From NCBI RefSeq assembly GCF_036321535.1, contig NC_087467.1, positions 22,754,001-22,818,000 of the forward strand: a stretch of DNA of 64,000 nt. The letters run 5' to 3'. Shown piece by piece: positions 61,540-64,000 of this stretch (its first letter is position 1; every line of letters starts with the position of its first letter). The position numbers and the translations under genes are program-made. The notes beneath the pieces are model-generated. The model was given only the letters and a program-made list of their open reading frames with translations. It did not search any database and was not told the origin of the DNA. The DNA comes from Camelus dromedarius (taxonomy: Eukaryota).

Positions 61540-61680
61540 CCTTCTCTTCTTTTTTATGTACTTTTTTCATGCTGTGTTGTACGTGTACATACCTGCGTCT
61601 GTTTTCACACCTTTTCTCATTATAGGTTACCACAAGGTAGTGAACACCGCTCCCTGTGCCATACAGTAGAAACTCGTCAT
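61540..61680 (-). mobile_element. Short degenerate L1 3' end
   Basis: CATTATAGGTTACCACAAGGTAGTGAACACCGCTCCCTGTGCCATACAGTAG is the reverse L1 tail. Confidence 0.75.
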
Positions 61681-62689
61681 TTTTCTAATTGCAACCCTTT
61701 TTAAAAGAGTCATTCCAAGCATATGGGTAAATTTTTATTACTCTCTAAACACCAGGGAAAATTAATTCATTGCACATGTGTTATTATGCATAAATATTAA
61801 AAATAATTCCCCAAGTAAGGAAATTCTGAGTATTTTAAAGTTAAAAGGAGCCAACTGGCCACAATTCCTCTAGGATAATTTTCGTTCTTATAGACGTTTT
61901 TCTAATGTTAACAGAGAGCTGGGACAACTTAAAAATGTTTATTTTGCCTTAAGAGGCGTTTCATTTTCCTTTGCTGAAATGCTATCATTCGTAGTCAATA
62001 AAATACTGACTTTTCTGTTCCTGTAAGCTTATCACGTCAAATGTCAGCTACAACACGTTATAACTGCAGGCCGTCAGCGGGTGGGCAACGAGGCAAACCC
62101 CAGAACGTTCTCTGAAATTAATGCACGTGACTCTCTGTAAAAACTTCTTTCTTCAGAGGACATCTAGTTTCAGCCAAGAGCCAGATTTATTCTCCCCCAT
62201 GAAACAGCTAAAATCCTAGATAAAACATGTGAAACTACAGGTTTTATATACCAGTGACCGGCCAGCACAGCACTGACACCCGGGAAATGGGAAGCGAATG
62301 CGGGGACCCCAGCCCTGCCCTGTCCGACCACCAGAGGAGAGTCTGGGGCTGCAGCGGCCAGAAGCACCCGAGATCTCCCTGGTTAGAGGGGATGGAGTCG
62401 GGAACCTGGGGAGGTCGTGGCATCAGGACCCCCAGCTGCAGGGAGCCCCCCAGAGGGTCCGCAGCTCAGTCCAGACCAGCGTCACAGGTGAGGACCCCAC
62501 ACGCAGGGGAAGCAGCCCCCGGGGCAGCAGAGGGACAAATCCTGACACTCATGGGTATGGGACAAGTTCCTGCTGCCGCCAGCCCTGGTGTAAAATCTCA
62601 TCATGCCTGGGACTTCAGGGAGAATACTCAGCAGGGTATTTTGTTCACAAAGCTTAAACTGAGCCTTGTAAAGATCAAATTGTTTCTAC

Positions 62690-62970
62690 ATATAGACTCA
62701 CTGACATACAAAACTAACTGGGTTTACCGGGGGCGGGGTGGGGGATAGATTAGGAGTTTGGGATTAACAGATATACATTATTACATACAAAATAGACCAC
62801 AAGGATCTACAGTATAGCTCAGGGAACTATATTCAATGTCTCGTAATGAGCCATGATGGAAAAGAAACTGAAAAGTATGTATGTATGTATGTATGTGTAT
62901 ATATAAGTGAATTGCTTTGCTATACACCTGAAACTAATATTGTAAATTGACTACACTTCAATTAAAAAAA
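62690..62970 (+). mobile_element. 5'-truncated L1 3' end containing a (TATG)n run
   Basis: GGAGTTTGGGATTAACAGATATACATT..CAGGGAACTATATTCAATG..CTACACTTCAATTAAAAAAA. Confidence 0.9.
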
Positions 62971-63149
62971 CAGACCAGAAAAGGTGAAACTGTTTCTAGA
63001 ACAAAGCTCAAGGGCACCTGCAGGAACGTACAATACCCAGCACCCGTGAGGCACGTTTCACAAGGGCTGGCGCCCCGGTCAGATGCTGCCAGGCCTGCAG
63101 AGAAGCAGGAGAGCGCGGCCCTCGGCGAGCGGGCCGGTCCGTGAGCGCG

Positions 63150-63665
63150 GCAGACCGAGAAGCGGCGCGAGTGACGGAATGAACAGGCAGAGGCACTGAA
63201 ACGTCAGCGCAAACACGAAGCACGATGAGGAGAGATACGGACAAGGTAAACAGTCCCAACTGAATCTAGGCTGAAAAGCAGAAAAAAATGCAATGCTTGA
63301 GGTGAAAACCACCCTGAATGGGAGAAACAGCAGATCAGACACCATGGGGGGAAAGACACAGCAAGAAAAACTGTCCAAAACCATGAAACACGGGAAGAAA
63401 AACACACTGAAAATGCACAGAGCCCCTCTGAGCTGCGGGGCAGCTTCAGGCGCCCTGGCGCACGTGTGCTTCCGTCCCCCTGAAAGAGGGCGCAGGAGAG
63501 CCATTTGAAAAAAATAAGGACCTAGAACTTCCCTGATTTGATGCAAACTACAGACCCACAGATCCAAAAACTCAATGAAACTCAAGCATAAGGAACATGA
63601 GGAAAATCAGACCAACATGCATTGTAATCAAGTGAGTTCAAACCAGTGCTTAAAAAAATTCTTTG
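63150..63665 (+). mobile_element. Old L1M ORF1 relic
   Basis: AACAGCAGATCAGACAC, CAGACCCACAGATCCAAAAACTCAATGAAAC and GTTCAAACCAGTG resemble old L1M ORF1 sequence; degenerate. Confidence 0.7.
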
Positions 63666-64000
63666 GGTTTTTTAACATTACATTTATATTACAACCACAC
63701 CGCATTGGCGCCAACATTTTCACCTAAAGACCTTACACGTTTTGTACACACGAAGTCAAGTCTGCTAACATCCTTTTACACAGCAACTACTAATTACAAA
63801 TCTGGGGGACGGAGAGGCTGAAACACACACAGGCCCTAGATTACCATCAGTTTCTCATCAAGCTATGAATTTTGGCCATTTTTATAAAAGTAGCTATTAT
63901 GGAAATCCCATAACTTCAAAAATCTCTCTTACTGAAAGGTTAGAGAGCCGTTGGCACCAGGCCTACATAAATCTGCATCTGAATCTGGTCTCTGTTTGGT

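Noticed and set aside
1-64000. CRISPR arrays, prokaryotic operons, intact transposase or retroviral gag/pol/env
   Set aside because: No regularly spaced repeat-spacer structure and no long ORFs with such motifs; the DNA is mammalian and repeat-rich.

Overview
This is GC- and CpG-rich mammalian genomic DNA, most likely camelid (Camelus/Vicugna). That call rests on five tRNA-Ala-derived SINEs with an AAATAAACCTAATTACC-type tail and many cetartiodactyl-type L1 3' ends. Most of the window is non-coding: young 5'-truncated L1 tails (several with visible target-site duplications), old L1M relics, MIR, L2, MLT1 LTRs, a Tigger1 end and a MER45B-like hAT element. There are two N gaps, both inside L1 3' ends. 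A clear CpG island lies at ~53.7-54.6 kb, with smaller GC/CpG patches at ~17.4 and ~42.6 kb. I could not recognise any protein-coding gene by sequence, so no gene symbols are given. The best lead is a phase-consistent chain of small minus-strand exons with GTAAGT donors at 60.8-55.9 kb. Other leads are isolated minus-strand exon candidates at 17.7-4.0 kb and a plus-strand chain at 39.9-45.1 kb; all are unverified. Other points of interest are a twin-primed micro-inversion in a short L1, an L1 tail nested inside a SINE, and pervasive AT-to-GC drift of repeats. There is no prokaryotic system, CRISPR array or genuine tRNA/rRNA gene. Repeat family names come from recalled consensus sequences, not from a database run, and most repeat boundaries are approximate.
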